From the IMG/VR virus record IMGVR_UViG_3300030379_000158: a stretch of 64,000 nt of DNA; one strand, given 5' to 3'. The stretch is from a virus (Duplodnaviria; Heunggongvirae; Uroviricota; Caudoviricetes). Under the pieces are notes generated by a model. It saw only the letters and a list, made by a program, of their open reading frames with translations. It made no database searches and was not told where the DNA came from. The position numbers were made by a program, and so were the translations under genes. Each line of letters starts with the position of its first letter. Positions within the stretch are counted from its first letter, which is position 1. Below are positions 13,014 through 22,974 of this stretch, one piece after another.

Positions 13014-13454
13014 ATGGCCACACTATCTGATACAATAAAACCGAATAAAACATATCTTGAGGCGGTACTCCGTACAGCGTTGTTAGGAAAGACAGAAGAC
13101 GAATACGTTGATTTCTTCCTGTCAGGGCTACGCGGGCGATTACTGAAAAATCCCCGCCTGTACCGCAGCTATGGTCCATACTGGCCGGAAATTAAAAAAT
13201 TATTACTGGAGCGCGGTTATGGTAATTTCGGTCGTCTCGTTGACCGTGACGTTCGCAAAATTTACCGTTATGACCGCCCGGCGCTGACGCTCATAGCCGC
13301 GACGCTCTACAGCCAGGAGCGTTTTGATAATGGTCAGATATACTCAGCCTGGCATTTACTGCCAGTACCTGAAGAGGTTGACGACCAGGACTATGAGTTT
13401 GAGTCTTACGATTTGGAAGTTGAAGCCTTAGCACAGGCTGGAGAGAAAACTTGA
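13014..13454 (+). CDS. Hypothetical protein (P1 ulx-like position)
   Basis: 146-aa ORF coupled to the downstream gene. Confidence 0.45.
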   Translation: MATLSDTIKPNKTYLEAVLRTALLGKTEDEYVDFFLSGLRGRLLKNPRLYRSYGPYWPEIKKLLLERGYGNFGRLVDRDVRKIYRYDRPALTLIAATLYSQERFDNGQIYSAWHLLPVPEEVDDQDYEFESYDLEVEALAQAGEKT

Positions 13455-13699
13455 AAAAGCGATACTACACAGTAAAGCATGGGACGCTACGAGCATTACA
13501 AGAGTTTGCTGATAAGCATAACGTTGAGGTGCGCAGGGAGGGGGGAAGTAAAGCTCTGCGCATGTACCGTCCGGACGGGAAATGGCGTACGGTCGTCGAT
13601 TTCAAAACTAACAGCGTTCCCCAGGGCGTCCGCGATCGGGCATTCGAAGAATGGGAGCAGATCATCATAGATAATGCATTGCTTCTCAATGCGGATTAA
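13451..13699 (+). CDS. lxc: Lxc/Bof-like C1 co-repressor candidate, 82 aa, TTG start
   Basis: 82-codon ORF starting with TTG and overlapping the upstream stop. I recall P1 bof/lxc as an 82-codon TTG-initiated gene. Confidence 0.5.
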   Translation: MKKRYYTVKHGTLRALQEFADKHNVEVRREGGSKALRMYRPDGKWRTVVDFKTNSVPQGVRDRAFEEWEQIIIDNALLLNAD

Positions 13700-13858
13700 A
13701 CTTCCCCAAATAATGGCTGTTTGCTCGCCGAGCATCGCTCAAAGAAACACGATTATTCAAACATATAGATAGTGATAGTGCCCTCGTATAAGTGTGACAA
13801 CTTCTGGCTCTAGTGGGCTGGGGAGGCGGCGCTTTGTTGCTAAATGATCTGGTTTAAA

Positions 13859-15799
13859 ATGGATATGAAAAAAGAAACGATTTTTTCCGAAGTAGAAACG
13901 GCTAACAGCAAGCAACTGGCTGTGTTGAAAGCTAATTTCCCTCAGTGTTTTGATAAAAACGGAGCCTTCATTCAAGAAAAATTGCTTGAGATTATTAGGG
14001 CATCGGAAGTTGAACTCTCTAAAGAATCATACAGCTTGAACTGGCTGGGTAAATCTTATGCCCGTTTGTTGGCCAATCTACCACCGAAAACGTTGTTGGC
14101 AGAAGATAAAACTCATAACCAACAAGAAGAGAACAAGAACAGTCAACACCTGTTAATCAAAGGGGATAATCTCGAAGTATTGAAGCATATGGTTAATGCT
14201 TACGCTGAAAAGGTGAAGATGATTTACATTGACCCACCATACAATACAGGTAAGGATGGGTTCGTTTATAATGATGATCGCAAATTTACACCTGAGCAGC
14301 TTTCTGAACTAGCAGGCATCGACCTCGATGAGGCTAAACGCATATTAGAATTTACCACCAAGGGGTCAAGCAGTCATAGTGCATGGCTGACATTCATTTA
14401 CCCACGCCTTTATATTGCTCGTGAATTAATGAGAGAAGACGGGACTATTTTTATTTCTATTGACCATAATGAGTTCAGTCAATTAAAACTAGTTTGCGAC
14501 GAGATCTTTGGTGAGCAAAACCATGTTGGGGATCTAGTATGGAAAAATGCAACTGATAACAACCCTTCAAATATCGCTGTAGAGCATGAATATATTATTG
14601 TTTACACAAAAAACAAAGAGCAGCTTATAAGTGAGTGGAAATCTAATATCTCCGATGTAAAAAACTTACTTGTCAACATAGGTGAAGAATTTGCATCAAA
14701 ATACACTGGCAATGAACTTCAGGAAAAATATACCCAGTGGTTTCGTGAACACAGATCTGAATTATGGCCTCTTGACCGATACAAATATATAGACAAAGAC
14801 GGCATCTATACTGGTAGTCAGAGCGTCCACAACCCCGGAAAAGAGGGTTACAGATATGATATTATACATCCAAAAACTAAGAAGCCATGCAAACAACCTC
14901 TTATGGGATATCGTTTTCCATTAGATACAATGGATAGGCTTCTGTCTGAAGAAAAGATCATCTTCGGTGATGATGAAAACAAAATTATAGAACTAAAAGT
15001 TTATGCTAAGGATTACAAACAGAAATTAAGCTCCGTTATCCATCTTGATGGGCGTGTTGCAACGAACGAACTTAAAGAGCTGTTCCCAGAAATGACTCAA
15101 CCATTCACAAATGCTAAAACTATAAAATTAGTAGAAGATTTAATATCTTTTGCATGTGATGGAGAGGGTATTGTTTTGGATTTTTTTGCTGGGTCAGGAA
15201 CTACAGCGCATACAGTTTTTAATTTGAATAACAAAAATAAAACGTCGTATCAGTTTATTACAGTTCAACTAGATGAACCTACAAAAGATAAATCTGATGC
15301 CATGAAGCATGGCTATAATACAATATTTGACTTAACAAAGGAGCGTTTAATTAGGGCGTCTAAAAAAAATAGGGATCAGGGGTTTAAGGTATATCAACTA
15401 ATGCCAGATTTTCGCGCTAAAGACGAATCAGAACTTACACTGTCTAATCATACATTCTTTGATGATGTTGTCTTGACGCCTGAACAATATGACACTCTAT
15501 TAACTACATGGTGCCTGTATGATGGCAGTTTGCTAACAACACCTATTGAAGATGTTGATCTTGGTGGCTACAAAGCACATTTGTGCGATGGTCGTCTGTA
15601 TTTGATTGCACCTAATTTTACTAGCGAAGCATTGAAAGCGTTACTTCAAAAGGTGGATTCAGACAAAGACTTTGCTCCAAACAAAGTCGTGTTTTATGGC
15701 AGCAACTTTGAAAGCGCAAAGCAAATGGAACTCAATGAAGCACTAAAAAGTTATGCTAATAAAAAATCTATTGAGTTAGATTTGGTGGTGAGGAACTAA
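13859..15799 (+). CDS. mod: Type III restriction-modification methyltransferase (Mod), EcoP1I-like
   Basis: YIDPPYNTGKDGFVYND (DPPY N6-adenine MTase motif) and FAGSGTT AdoMet motif. 646 aa from MDMKKETIF. AT-rich gene. Confidence 0.9.
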   Translation: MDMKKETIFSEVETANSKQLAVLKANFPQCFDKNGAFIQEKLLEIIRASEVELSKESYSLNWLGKSYARLLANLPPKTLLAEDKTHNQQEENKNSQHLLIKGDNLEVLKHMVNAYAEKVKMIYIDPPYNTGKDGFVYNDDRKFTPEQLSELAGIDLDEAKRILEFTTKGSSSHSAWLTFIYPRLYIARELMREDGTIFISIDHNEFSQLKLVCDEIFGEQNHVGDLVWKNATDNNPSNIAVEHEYIIVYTKNKEQLISEWKSNISDVKNLLVNIGEEFASKYTGNELQEKYTQWFREHRSELWPLDRYKYIDKDGIYTGSQSVHNPGKEGYRYDIIHPKTKKPCKQPLMGYRFPLDTMDRLLSEEKIIFGDDENKIIELKVYAKDYKQKLSSVIHLDGRVATNELKELFPEMTQPFTNAKTIKLVEDLISFACDGEGIVLDFFAGSGTTAHTVFNLNNKNKTSYQFITVQLDEPTKDKSDAMKHGYNTIFDLTKERLIRASKKNRDQGFKVYQLMPDFRAKDESELTLSNHTFFDDVVLTPEQYDTLLTTWCLYDGSLLTTPIEDVDLGGYKAHLCDGRLYLIAPNFTSEALKALLQKVDSDKDFAPNKVVFYGSNFESAKQMELNEALKSYANKKSIELDLVVRN

Positions 15800-15801
15800 T
15801 C

Positions 15802-18714
15802 ATGTCAAAAGGGTTCACTCTCGAAAAGAACTTGCCGCATCAGAAAGCAGGAGTCGATGCGGTGATGAATGTTTTTGTTTCCGCAACACCTCACCTGACG
15901 GATAATGTTGCTGTTCGCCTTTTAGCTAATCCTGAACTGAAGCTGTCTGAACAACAATACTACAACAATATAAAAAATGTTCAGGCGTTCAATGGTATTG
16001 CGCACTCAAAAGATAATCACAATGCTAAAAGCAACATCATTGATGTTTCTATGGAGACAGGTACAGGCAAGACGTACACCTATATCAAAACTATTTTTGA
16101 CCTGAATAAATCATTTGGTATTAACAAGTTTATCATCATTGTTCCGACTCTATCTATCAAGGCCGGAACCGTTAACTTTTTAAAAAGTGATGCTTTAAAA
16201 GAACACTTCCGGGATGATTACAAGCGTGAGCTGAGAACTTACGTTGTTGAAAGTCAGAAAAACGCTGGCAAAAATACAAAATCGTATATGCCTCAGGCTA
16301 TACATGATTTTGTTGAAGCAAGTAACTTCAATAAAAAATATATACACGTTCTTGTTATTAACTCAGGAATGATCAACTCTAAGTCTTTAACGGATACTTA
16401 CGATACTGGCTTGCTTGATAATCAGTTTAATACTCCAGTTGACGCGCTCAGAGCTGTAAAACCATTTATCATCATTGACGAACCACATAGATTTCCTACT
16501 GGTAAAAAAACATGGGAAAACATAGAGAAATTTAACGCACAATATATTATCCGCTATGGCGCAACCTTTAGCGAAGGCTATAAGAACCTGGTTTATCGTC
16601 TTACAGCCGTGGACGCATTTAACGATGATCTCGTTAAAGGTATTGATGCATATATTGAGGATATAGTCGGCGATGGTAACGCAAACCTCAAATTCGTCAA
16701 ATCTGACGGAAAGGAAGCTACATTTGAACTGAATGAAAACAACAACAAAAAATCGTTTAAGTTAGCTAAAGGTGAATCACTGTCTAAGACGCATAGTGCG
16801 ATCCATGATTTAACTCTTGATGCTTTAAACAAGAGCACAGCAGTGTTGAGTAATGGTATTGAGTTGAAGATTGGTAGCTCAATAAATCCCTATTCTTACG
16901 ATCAGACACTCGCTGATAACATGATGCGTAAGGCTGTCAAAGAACACTTTAAGTTAGAAAAAGAACTTCTGACACAAAGGCCACGCATAAAGCCTCTTAC
17001 TCTTTTCTTTATTGACGATATTGAAGGCTATCGTGACGGTAATGATATTTCCGGAAGCCTGAAGACCAAATTCGAAGAATACGTTCTGGCAGAAGCTAAT
17101 GAACTGTTAAAAACAGAGCAAGATGCGTTTTATAAAAACTATCTTGAAAAAACAGTCACAAATATATCTTCCGTTCATGGTGGTTATTTCTCAAAAGATA
17201 ACAGTGATAAGGATGATAAAATCGAGCAGGAAATCAACGAAATCCTTCATGACAAAGAGCTTTTGCTGTCTTTAGATAATCCCCGTCGGTTTATTTTCTC
17301 AAAATGGACGTTGCGTGAGGGGTGGGATAATCCTAATGTTTTTCAGATCTGTAAGCTCCGTTCGAGCGGTAGTACCACATCTAAGCTTCAAGAGGTAGGG
17401 CGCGGTTTGCGTCTTCCTGTGAATGAATACATGTGTCGAGTGAAAGACCGCAATTTTACCCTTAAATATTATGTTGATTTTACAGAAAAGGATTTTGTTG
17501 ACTCACTTGTTAAAGAGGTCAACGAGAGTTCTTTCAAAGAAAGGGTTCCAAGTAAGTTTACTCAAGAGCTTAAGGAACAAATCATGGCTCAGTATCCTGA
17601 GCTTTCATCCAGAGCACTAATGAATGAACTTTTCAATGATGAAATCATTGATGACAATGATAATTTCAAAGATTCAGATGCCTATAGCCGCTTAAAATCC
17701 AAATATCCAGCAGCATTCCCTATAGGAGTGAAACCTGGTAAAATCAAAAAAGCTACTGATGGAAAAAGACGCACTAAAATGCGTGTTGGTAAGTTCAGTG
17801 AGCTGAAAGAACTATGGGATTTGATCAATCAAAAAGCGGTGATTGAGTACAAAATAAACAGTGAAAGTGAATTTTTATCCATTTTCAAGTCATTCATGCT
17901 CGAAGAAACAGAACGATTTACCAAATCAGGCGTTCATACTCGCATTGATAAAATTTACATCCACAATGATATGGCAATGTCGAAAAGCATTGTCAGTGAT
18001 GACGATGACTTTGCTAAGCTGAACACAATGAGCTATCGAGAGTTTCTCGATAACTTATCACAGACTATTTTTGTTAAACACGGTACTTTACATAAAGTTT
18101 TTTGTGATATAAAAGACACTATTAATATCACTGAATACCTTAATATTCAAACAATCAGAAAAATTAAATCTGGTTTTAGTAAGTATTTGTTGAACAATTC
18201 GTTTAATAAATTCAGCCTCGGATATAATTTGATTTCGGGTTCAATTCATCCTACAAAGTTCACAAATGCTGATGGTAATCCTCTAGGCGAGGTATTATCA
18301 AGTGATCTTGGTGTATTGCAGGATAATGCAAAAGCACCATTAGATACTTATCTTTTTGAAGAAGTTTTTTATGATTCAGAGCTTGAAAGGCGTAATATAA
18401 CAGATAGAGAGATCCAGTCTGTTGTTGTTTTTTCAAAGATACCGAAGAATTCTATTAAGATCCCGGTAGCTGGTGGATACACTTACTCACCCGATTTTGC
18501 TTATGTTGTAAAAACAGCGGAAGGTGATTATCTTAATTTTATCATTGAAACAAAAAACGTAGATAGTAAGGATAGTTTACGGCTTGAAGAAAAACGGAAA
18601 ATTGAACATGCCCAAGCGCTTTTCAATCAAATAAGTCAGTCTGTTAAAGTTGAATTCAGAACGCAGTTTGCTAATGATGATATTTATCAGTTAATCAAGA
18701 GCGCATTACCATAA
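15802..18714 (+). CDS. res: Type III restriction enzyme Res subunit (SF2 helicase-nuclease), EcoP1I-like
   Basis: 970 aa; helicase motifs TGTGKT and DEPH; start 3 nt after mod stop. Confidence 0.9.
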   Translation: MSKGFTLEKNLPHQKAGVDAVMNVFVSATPHLTDNVAVRLLANPELKLSEQQYYNNIKNVQAFNGIAHSKDNHNAKSNIIDVSMETGTGKTYTYIKTIFDLNKSFGINKFIIIVPTLSIKAGTVNFLKSDALKEHFRDDYKRELRTYVVESQKNAGKNTKSYMPQAIHDFVEASNFNKKYIHVLVINSGMINSKSLTDTYDTGLLDNQFNTPVDALRAVKPFIIIDEPHRFPTGKKTWENIEKFNAQYIIRYGATFSEGYKNLVYRLTAVDAFNDDLVKGIDAYIEDIVGDGNANLKFVKSDGKEATFELNENNNKKSFKLAKGESLSKTHSAIHDLTLDALNKSTAVLSNGIELKIGSSINPYSYDQTLADNMMRKAVKEHFKLEKELLTQRPRIKPLTLFFIDDIEGYRDGNDISGSLKTKFEEYVLAEANELLKTEQDAFYKNYLEKTVTNISSVHGGYFSKDNSDKDDKIEQEINEILHDKELLLSLDNPRRFIFSKWTLREGWDNPNVFQICKLRSSGSTTSKLQEVGRGLRLPVNEYMCRVKDRNFTLKYYVDFTEKDFVDSLVKEVNESSFKERVPSKFTQELKEQIMAQYPELSSRALMNELFNDEIIDDNDNFKDSDAYSRLKSKYPAAFPIGVKPGKIKKATDGKRRTKMRVGKFSELKELWDLINQKAVIEYKINSESEFLSIFKSFMLEETERFTKSGVHTRIDKIYIHNDMAMSKSIVSDDDDFAKLNTMSYREFLDNLSQTIFVKHGTLHKVFCDIKDTINITEYLNIQTIRKIKSGFSKYLLNNSFNKFSLGYNLISGSIHPTKFTNADGNPLGEVLSSDLGVLQDNAKAPLDTYLFEEVFYDSELERRNITDREIQSVVVFSKIPKNSIKIPVAGGYTYSPDFAYVVKTAEGDYLNFIIETKNVDSKDSLRLEEKRKIEHAQALFNQISQSVKVEFRTQFANDDIYQLIKSALP

Positions 18715-18726
18715 TGCTAGTTTAAA

Positions 18727-18749
18727 AGGAGGTGAAAACCTCCTTTTTT
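18727..18749 (+). terminator. Rho-independent terminator after res
   Basis: aggaggt-gaaa-acctcct followed by TTTTT. Confidence 0.6.
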
Positions 18750-18788
18750 GACATCCTACACGACCTGAAAGAAGTGGCGTTTAGGCCG

Positions 18789-19430
18789 TTAAAAATAGTT
18801 CCCCTCTCCAGTTAAGATTCCATGAGGAACTCTTTTTTCTGCAAGTCTCTGTGTGCCCCGAATTATGTTAATGAGAGGGCTTAGTAACGATGGTTCCTGG
18901 TGTGCCTCAACTTCTCCAGCCATTGCCCTGATGTAGTCGGCGCTGGCAACGTTGTTGTATTCCGTCGCAAAGCAACATAGTAACGTCAGAACATGCTCTG
19001 TCGTTATTTCGCTCCAGTTGATGTTGAAAAATTCATCGCCTTTTTTATCGTGTTCGGAATCGAAGATGCTTTGGTGGAGGATGTATTTGCCGGATTCCTT
19101 GCGCGGTAACTTGATTGCTTTCTGGCGTTCCAGCTCCTTATAAATCTGCATTGCCTCAATTAGTACCGGCCTGCCGTTCATGAAGGGATCGCGCAACCTT
19201 ACACGCTGGCCAACTCGACCAGTAATAAAGCTGTTTTCCTCTTCCACCAGCACGATAAAACCCTTTTCCTCTTTTTCTCGCAATTCGCGCAGCAGCTGGA
19301 GTTCCATATCGCGGCGGCGTTCAGGGTAGCTGGTCCGCTCAGCCATTATCAGCTCGTTATTGATCCATGCAGCAGTCATTGACGCCGGTTTGCCGACGCT
19401 CATCGAAACAACGCATATTTTCTTATCCAT
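18789..19430 (-). CDS. Hypothetical protein (P1 mat-like position)
   Basis: ORF trimmed to ATG at 19430 (MDKKICVV) preceded by AGGGGG. The longer 262-aa ORF start is rejected. Confidence 0.45.
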   Translation of the reverse strand: MDKKICVVSMSVGKPASMTAAWINNELIMAERTSYPERRRDMELQLLRELREKEEKGFIVLVEEENSFITGRVGQRVRLRDPFMNGRPVLIEAMQIYKELERQKAIKLPRKESGKYILHQSIFDSEHDKKGDEFFNINWSEITTEHVLTLLCCFATEYNNVASADYIRAMAGEVEAHQEPSLLSPLINIIRGTQRLAEKRVPHGILTGEGNYF

Positions 19431-19619
19431 AGCGCCCCCTACAAAAAAGAAAAGCCACCAGCGGCGGCTTAGCAATACAACTGAAGGTAGCGCCCGGTAC
19501 TCAGACTGTGCCGTCCATGGAATATTTGAAAAGGGATCCATCCGTACCGGGCGTGTGATGATTCTGACTGAAGTCACTTGTCAGTTGTCAATCATTTATC
19601 ATTAAAAATAATATATTTA

Positions 19620-20180
19620 TTAGTGCATGATGTTTGCCATCTCATAGGCGTCAGCCAGTAACTCCATCTCTGACTTGTTCAGCAGGGTGAATTCTTTCTT
19701 GCCTCCAACCACACCATCGGCATGAACAGGGACCAGCCAGGGGTATTTTGCTCTTACTTCAGCCGGTGCTGCATGCTGGTGGTGCCATCTACAAAGTGGC
19801 AATTGCTTTTTATGACAACCCGGCGCGGTACGACCGGCGATATGGTGCAGAGACACCTCATTAGATATTACTCCATGCATATAGCAGGCAATGCAGGGGA
19901 GAGTGCCAAGAGCATTGGCGATGCGCCGTTCCTCCGCCGTTGGTGTTCTCCCCTTCAAGCCACGAGATTTTATTTTTACCGCGCTTTTCCGCGTTTTGCT
20001 GGCTGGTGGGCGCTCTTTCTGTTTAGCGATACGGCGGTCGATAGTATCCCGCATTTTCTGATATTGAGATTCTCGCCAGACCGGATCAGCCAACTTCTCC
20101 CGTTGCCGAGCGATCGCTCGTTCTCTGGCTGCCTTCTGCCACTTGCGGCACTGTTCAATTTTTTGTTCGATTGTTTTCAT
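19620..20180 (-). CDS. ref: Recombination enhancement function Ref (HNH endonuclease family)
   Basis: 186 aa; basic N-terminus; Cys/His HNH-type core CIACYMHGVISNEVSLHHIAGR...CRWHH. Confidence 0.8.
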   Translation of the reverse strand: MKTIEQKIEQCRKWQKAARERAIARQREKLADPVWRESQYQKMRDTIDRRIAKQKERPPASKTRKSAVKIKSRGLKGRTPTAEERRIANALGTLPCIACYMHGVISNEVSLHHIAGRTAPGCHKKQLPLCRWHHQHAAPAEVRAKYPWLVPVHADGVVGGKKEFTLLNKSEMELLADAYEMANIMH

Positions 20181-20279
20181 ATGGTCAAAAAAAAGGCGGC
20201 CTAATGGCCGCCTATGATGTCAAGGAGTGAAGTAATGGCAACGTCTTCGTAGTTGGCAAAAACTGCGACTCAATTATAG

Positions 20280-20296
20280 CAACCAATTAGAGCAAT
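20280..20296 (-). promoter_or_regulatory. C1 operator-like site upstream of ref
   Basis: caaccaattagagcaat, 13/17 to consensus. Confidence 0.45.
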
Positions 20297-20392
20297 TAAA
20301 GTTGTTTATTTATCGCGAATCACATTTTTTCACTTCAGTACCTGTGTGCTATACTCCTTCTTGATTGATTGGATGCGGAATACAAACCCGTT

Positions 20393-20422
20393 CTTTTGTG
20401 CAGCCTGGCTCCTTGCCAGGCT
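20393..20422 (+). terminator. Strong hairpin plus T8 run (plus-strand terminator or RNA element)
   Basis: agcctggc-tcctt-gccaggct followed by tttttttt, immediately after a TGATTGATTGG motif. Confidence 0.4.
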
Positions 20423-20427
20423 TTTTT

Positions 20428-20739
20428 TTATTTCATCATGGAAGCTGTTAACGCTTTGGACCTTGCTGAACTGATTGAGAGGGCTTTGTCAACGTGCCCC
20501 AAAAATTCGCCAAACTCAGACATCACTTTAGCAAAACCGCGCCGTGCTTCTTCCTCGGTGGCATTCATCACGAAATGTTCAGCACCACGCATACTTTTGA
20601 CAGGGAACGCAACGGATATTGAATCAATATCAGGCATTCTATCGCTCAGCTTTACAGTGACAATGACGACTGGCGACTGAATATTAGTGCTTACAGACAG
20701 CACTACATATTTTCCGTCGATGTTGAAATCCTTTCTCAT
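20428..20739 (-). CDS. Hypothetical protein (P1 cra-like position)
   Basis: 103-aa ORF between cre and ref. Confidence 0.45.
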   Translation of the reverse strand: MRKDFNIDGKYVVLSVSTNIQSPVVIVTVKLSDRMPDIDSISVAFPVKSMRGAEHFVMNATEEEARRGFAKVMSEFGEFLGHVDKALSISSARSKALTASMMK

Positions 20740-20755
20740 ATGTCACCATAAATAT

Positions 20756-20772
20756 CAAAGAATTAGAGCAAT
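20756..20772 (-). promoter_or_regulatory. C1 operator-like site between cre and the cra-like ORF
   Basis: caaagaattagagcaat, 13/17. Confidence 0.4.
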
Positions 20773-20789
20773 CATTTACGCGTTAATGG

Positions 20790-21821
20790 CTAATCGCCAT
20801 CTTCCAGCAGGCGCACCATTGCCCCTGTTTCACTATCCAGGTTACGGATATAGTTCATGACAATATTTACGTTGGTCCAGCCACCAGCTTGCATGATCTC
20901 CGGTATTGAAACTCCGGCACGGGCCATATCTCGCGCGGCTCCGACACGGGCACTGTGTCCAGACCAGGCCAGGTACCTCTGGCCAGAGTCATCCTTAGCC
21001 CCGTAAATCAATCGGTGAGTTGCTTCAAAAATCCCTTCCAGGGCGCGAGTTGATAGCTGGCTGGTGGGTGATGGCGAGGCAACACCATTTTTTCTGACCC
21101 GGCAAAACAAGTAGTTATTCGGATCATCAGCCACACCAGAGACAGAAATCCATCGCTCGACCAGTTTAGTTACCCCCAGGCTAAGTGCCTTCTCTACACC
21201 TGCGGTGCTAACCAGCGTTTTCGTTCTGCCAATATGGATTAACATTCTCCCACCGTCAGTACGTGAGATATCTTTAACCCTGATCCTGGCAATTTCGGCT
21301 ATACGTAACAGGGTGTTATAAGCAATCCCCAGAAATGCCAGATTACGTATATCCTGGCAGCGATCGCTATTTTCCATGAGTGAACGAACCTGGTCGAAAT
21401 CAGTGCGTTCGAACGCTAGTGCCTGTTTTGCACGTTCACCGGCATCAACGTTTTCTTTTCGGATCCGCCGCATAACCAGTGAAACAGCATTGCTGTCACT
21501 TAGTCGCGGCAGCCCGGACCGACGATGAAGCATGTTTAGCTGGCCCAAATGTTGCTGGATAGTTTTTACTGCCAGACCGCGCGCCTGAAGATATAGAAGA
21601 TAATCGCGAACATCTTCAGGTTCTGCGGGAAACCATTTCCGGTTATTCAACTTGCACCATGCCGCCCATGACCGGCAAACGGACAGAAGCATTTTCCAGG
21701 TATGCTCAGAAAACGCCTGGCGATCCCTGAACATGTCCATCAGGTTCTTGCGAACCTCATCACTCGTTGCATCGACCGGCAATGCAGGCAAATTTTGGTG
21801 TACGGTCAGTAAATTGGACAT
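20790..21821 (-). CDS. cre: Cre tyrosine recombinase
   Basis: 343 aa, MSNLLTVHQNLPALPVDATSDEVRKNLMDMFRDRQAFSEHTWKMLLSVCRSWAAWCKLNNRKWFPAEPEDVRDYLLYLQARGLAVKTIQQHLGQLNMLHRRSGLP... Differs from recalled canonical Cre at only a few residues. Confidence 0.97.
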   Translation of the reverse strand: MSNLLTVHQNLPALPVDATSDEVRKNLMDMFRDRQAFSEHTWKMLLSVCRSWAAWCKLNNRKWFPAEPEDVRDYLLYLQARGLAVKTIQQHLGQLNMLHRRSGLPRLSDSNAVSLVMRRIRKENVDAGERAKQALAFERTDFDQVRSLMENSDRCQDIRNLAFLGIAYNTLLRIAEIARIRVKDISRTDGGRMLIHIGRTKTLVSTAGVEKALSLGVTKLVERWISVSGVADDPNNYLFCRVRKNGVASPSPTSQLSTRALEGIFEATHRLIYGAKDDSGQRYLAWSGHSARVGAARDMARAGVSIPEIMQAGGWTNVNIVMNYIRNLDSETGAMVRLLEDGD

Positions 21822-21828
21822 TTGACAC

Positions 21829-22050
21829 TCAGATAATGGTTTTAAGTAAAGTGTACAGGATCGGCTCTGCCTTTACCTGTTTATGGTTCTCGTCATAGAA
21901 ACGCCAACGACCGCGACTGCGTTCTATCTTTTCTTCACCGCGCGATAATGACAGTTGACAACTATCACGATCAAACCCTTTTGCCCGCCAGTAACCACGA
22001 TTTTTCTCAAGCTCAAGATGAGTGGACACTTTAGCAGCTGAATATCCCAT
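21829..22050 (-). CDS. Hypothetical 73-aa ORF in the cre leader
   Basis: ORF with GAGGTG upstream. Lies in the region carrying cre promoters and GATC sites; may not be translated. Confidence 0.2.
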   Translation of the reverse strand: MGYSAAKVSTHLELEKNRGYWRAKGFDRDSCQLSLSRGEEKIERSRGRWRFYDENHKQVKAEPILYTLLKTII

Positions 22051-22239
22051 TTTTCACCTCTGATTGATTGGTGGTGCTAAGTGCGCTACGCGAAATCTGG
22101 AGCACTAACACTGCCAACATTTCGCAGATTTTACGTAGCGCAACCTTGATCAAATGATCAAGTGATCACTATTTGACCTGGTAAGGTATTGAACTGTATG
22201 GATTTACAGGTAAATTGATCATGTTCAATAACCCTTAAG

Positions 22240-22273
22240 ATAACTTCGTATAATGTATGCTATACGAAGTTAT
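22240..22273. other. loxP: loxP site
   Basis: Exact ATAACTTCGTATA-ATGTATGC-TATACGAAGTTAT. Confidence 0.97.
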
Positions 22274-22316
22274 CAGGTCCGAAGAGGAGTTTACGTCCAG
22301 CTGCGCACAAAAATCA

Positions 22317-22333
22317 AGAATTATTAGAGCAAT
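22317..22333 (-). promoter_or_regulatory. C1 operator (Op99-like)
   Basis: agaattattagagcaat. Confidence 0.55.
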
Positions 22334-22399
22334 AAATTTTGAGATAAAAATCCCACTCCACCAGCTAAAAACTGGATTGTTTTTCATAGTTGTTTGACA

Positions 22400-22416
22400 A
22401 TTGCTCTAATAAATTA
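22400..22416 (+). promoter_or_regulatory. C1 operator (Op99-like) overlapping a TTGACA -35 element upstream of coi/c1
   Basis: attgctctaataaatta, 16/17, immediately after ttgaca. Confidence 0.7.
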
Positions 22417-22654
22417 TAGTTTTGCCGCCGTTACGTAATACGACTTTGGATTCACTATTTAATGTGTCTTCAGCGTTGTAGAGCGGCTCAGAAGGAAATG
22501 AGCAAACAGGGAAACCTTATACAACGGCATTACAGCTATGCATTGCTCATCTTACACACAGCGCAATGTTGTTAGATTACCCCAGCATGGATCATGGGTG
22601 AAACAGTAGGTCAGAGCTTCAGGCTCTGTGTTGTCAATACAGTGAGGCATAATT

Positions 22655-22864
22655 ATGGCTTTCATTCAACCAACCATCGACGACGTTAGACATTGCTCTA
22701 ACGCTTTATCTGTAGACCCTGCCGAAACCGACGCTGCCCGCGCCATTGCTGAACACTACTCAAAGATATCCAATCAGGAGTACCGCATCACCCAAGACGA
22801 CTTGGATGACCTCACTGACACAATCGAATATCTCATGGCAACTAACCAGTTAGACTCACAATAA
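22655..22864 (+). CDS. coi: C1-inactivator Coi-like protein, 69 aa
   Basis: 69-aa acidic ORF immediately upstream of c1 in the same orientation. Confidence 0.55.
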   Translation: MAFIQPTIDDVRHCSNALSVDPAETDAARAIAEHYSKISNQEYRITQDDLDDLTDTIEYLMATNQLDSQ

Positions 22865-22974
22865 ATGCACTAATAAATCTATTATTTTTGTTTGATCCCT
22901 CTATAATATAGGTCAGTAATGACCGGTTTTCTCAGCCGGGCGTTATTGACCATGTCAATTCTGGAGGAGGATCA

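Noticed and set aside
19431-19577. N-terminal 49 codons of the 262-aa ORF 18789-19577
   Set aside because: Low-complexity translation of the promoter region; a strong AGGGGG Shine-Dalgarno precedes the internal ATG at 19430.
22080-22240. Cluster of GATC sites and tgatca repeats next to loxP as a possible second pac site
   Set aside because: Position and context fit the Dam-regulated cre promoter region adjacent to loxP; the genuine pac hexamer clusters lie inside pacA at 27.8-28.0 kb.
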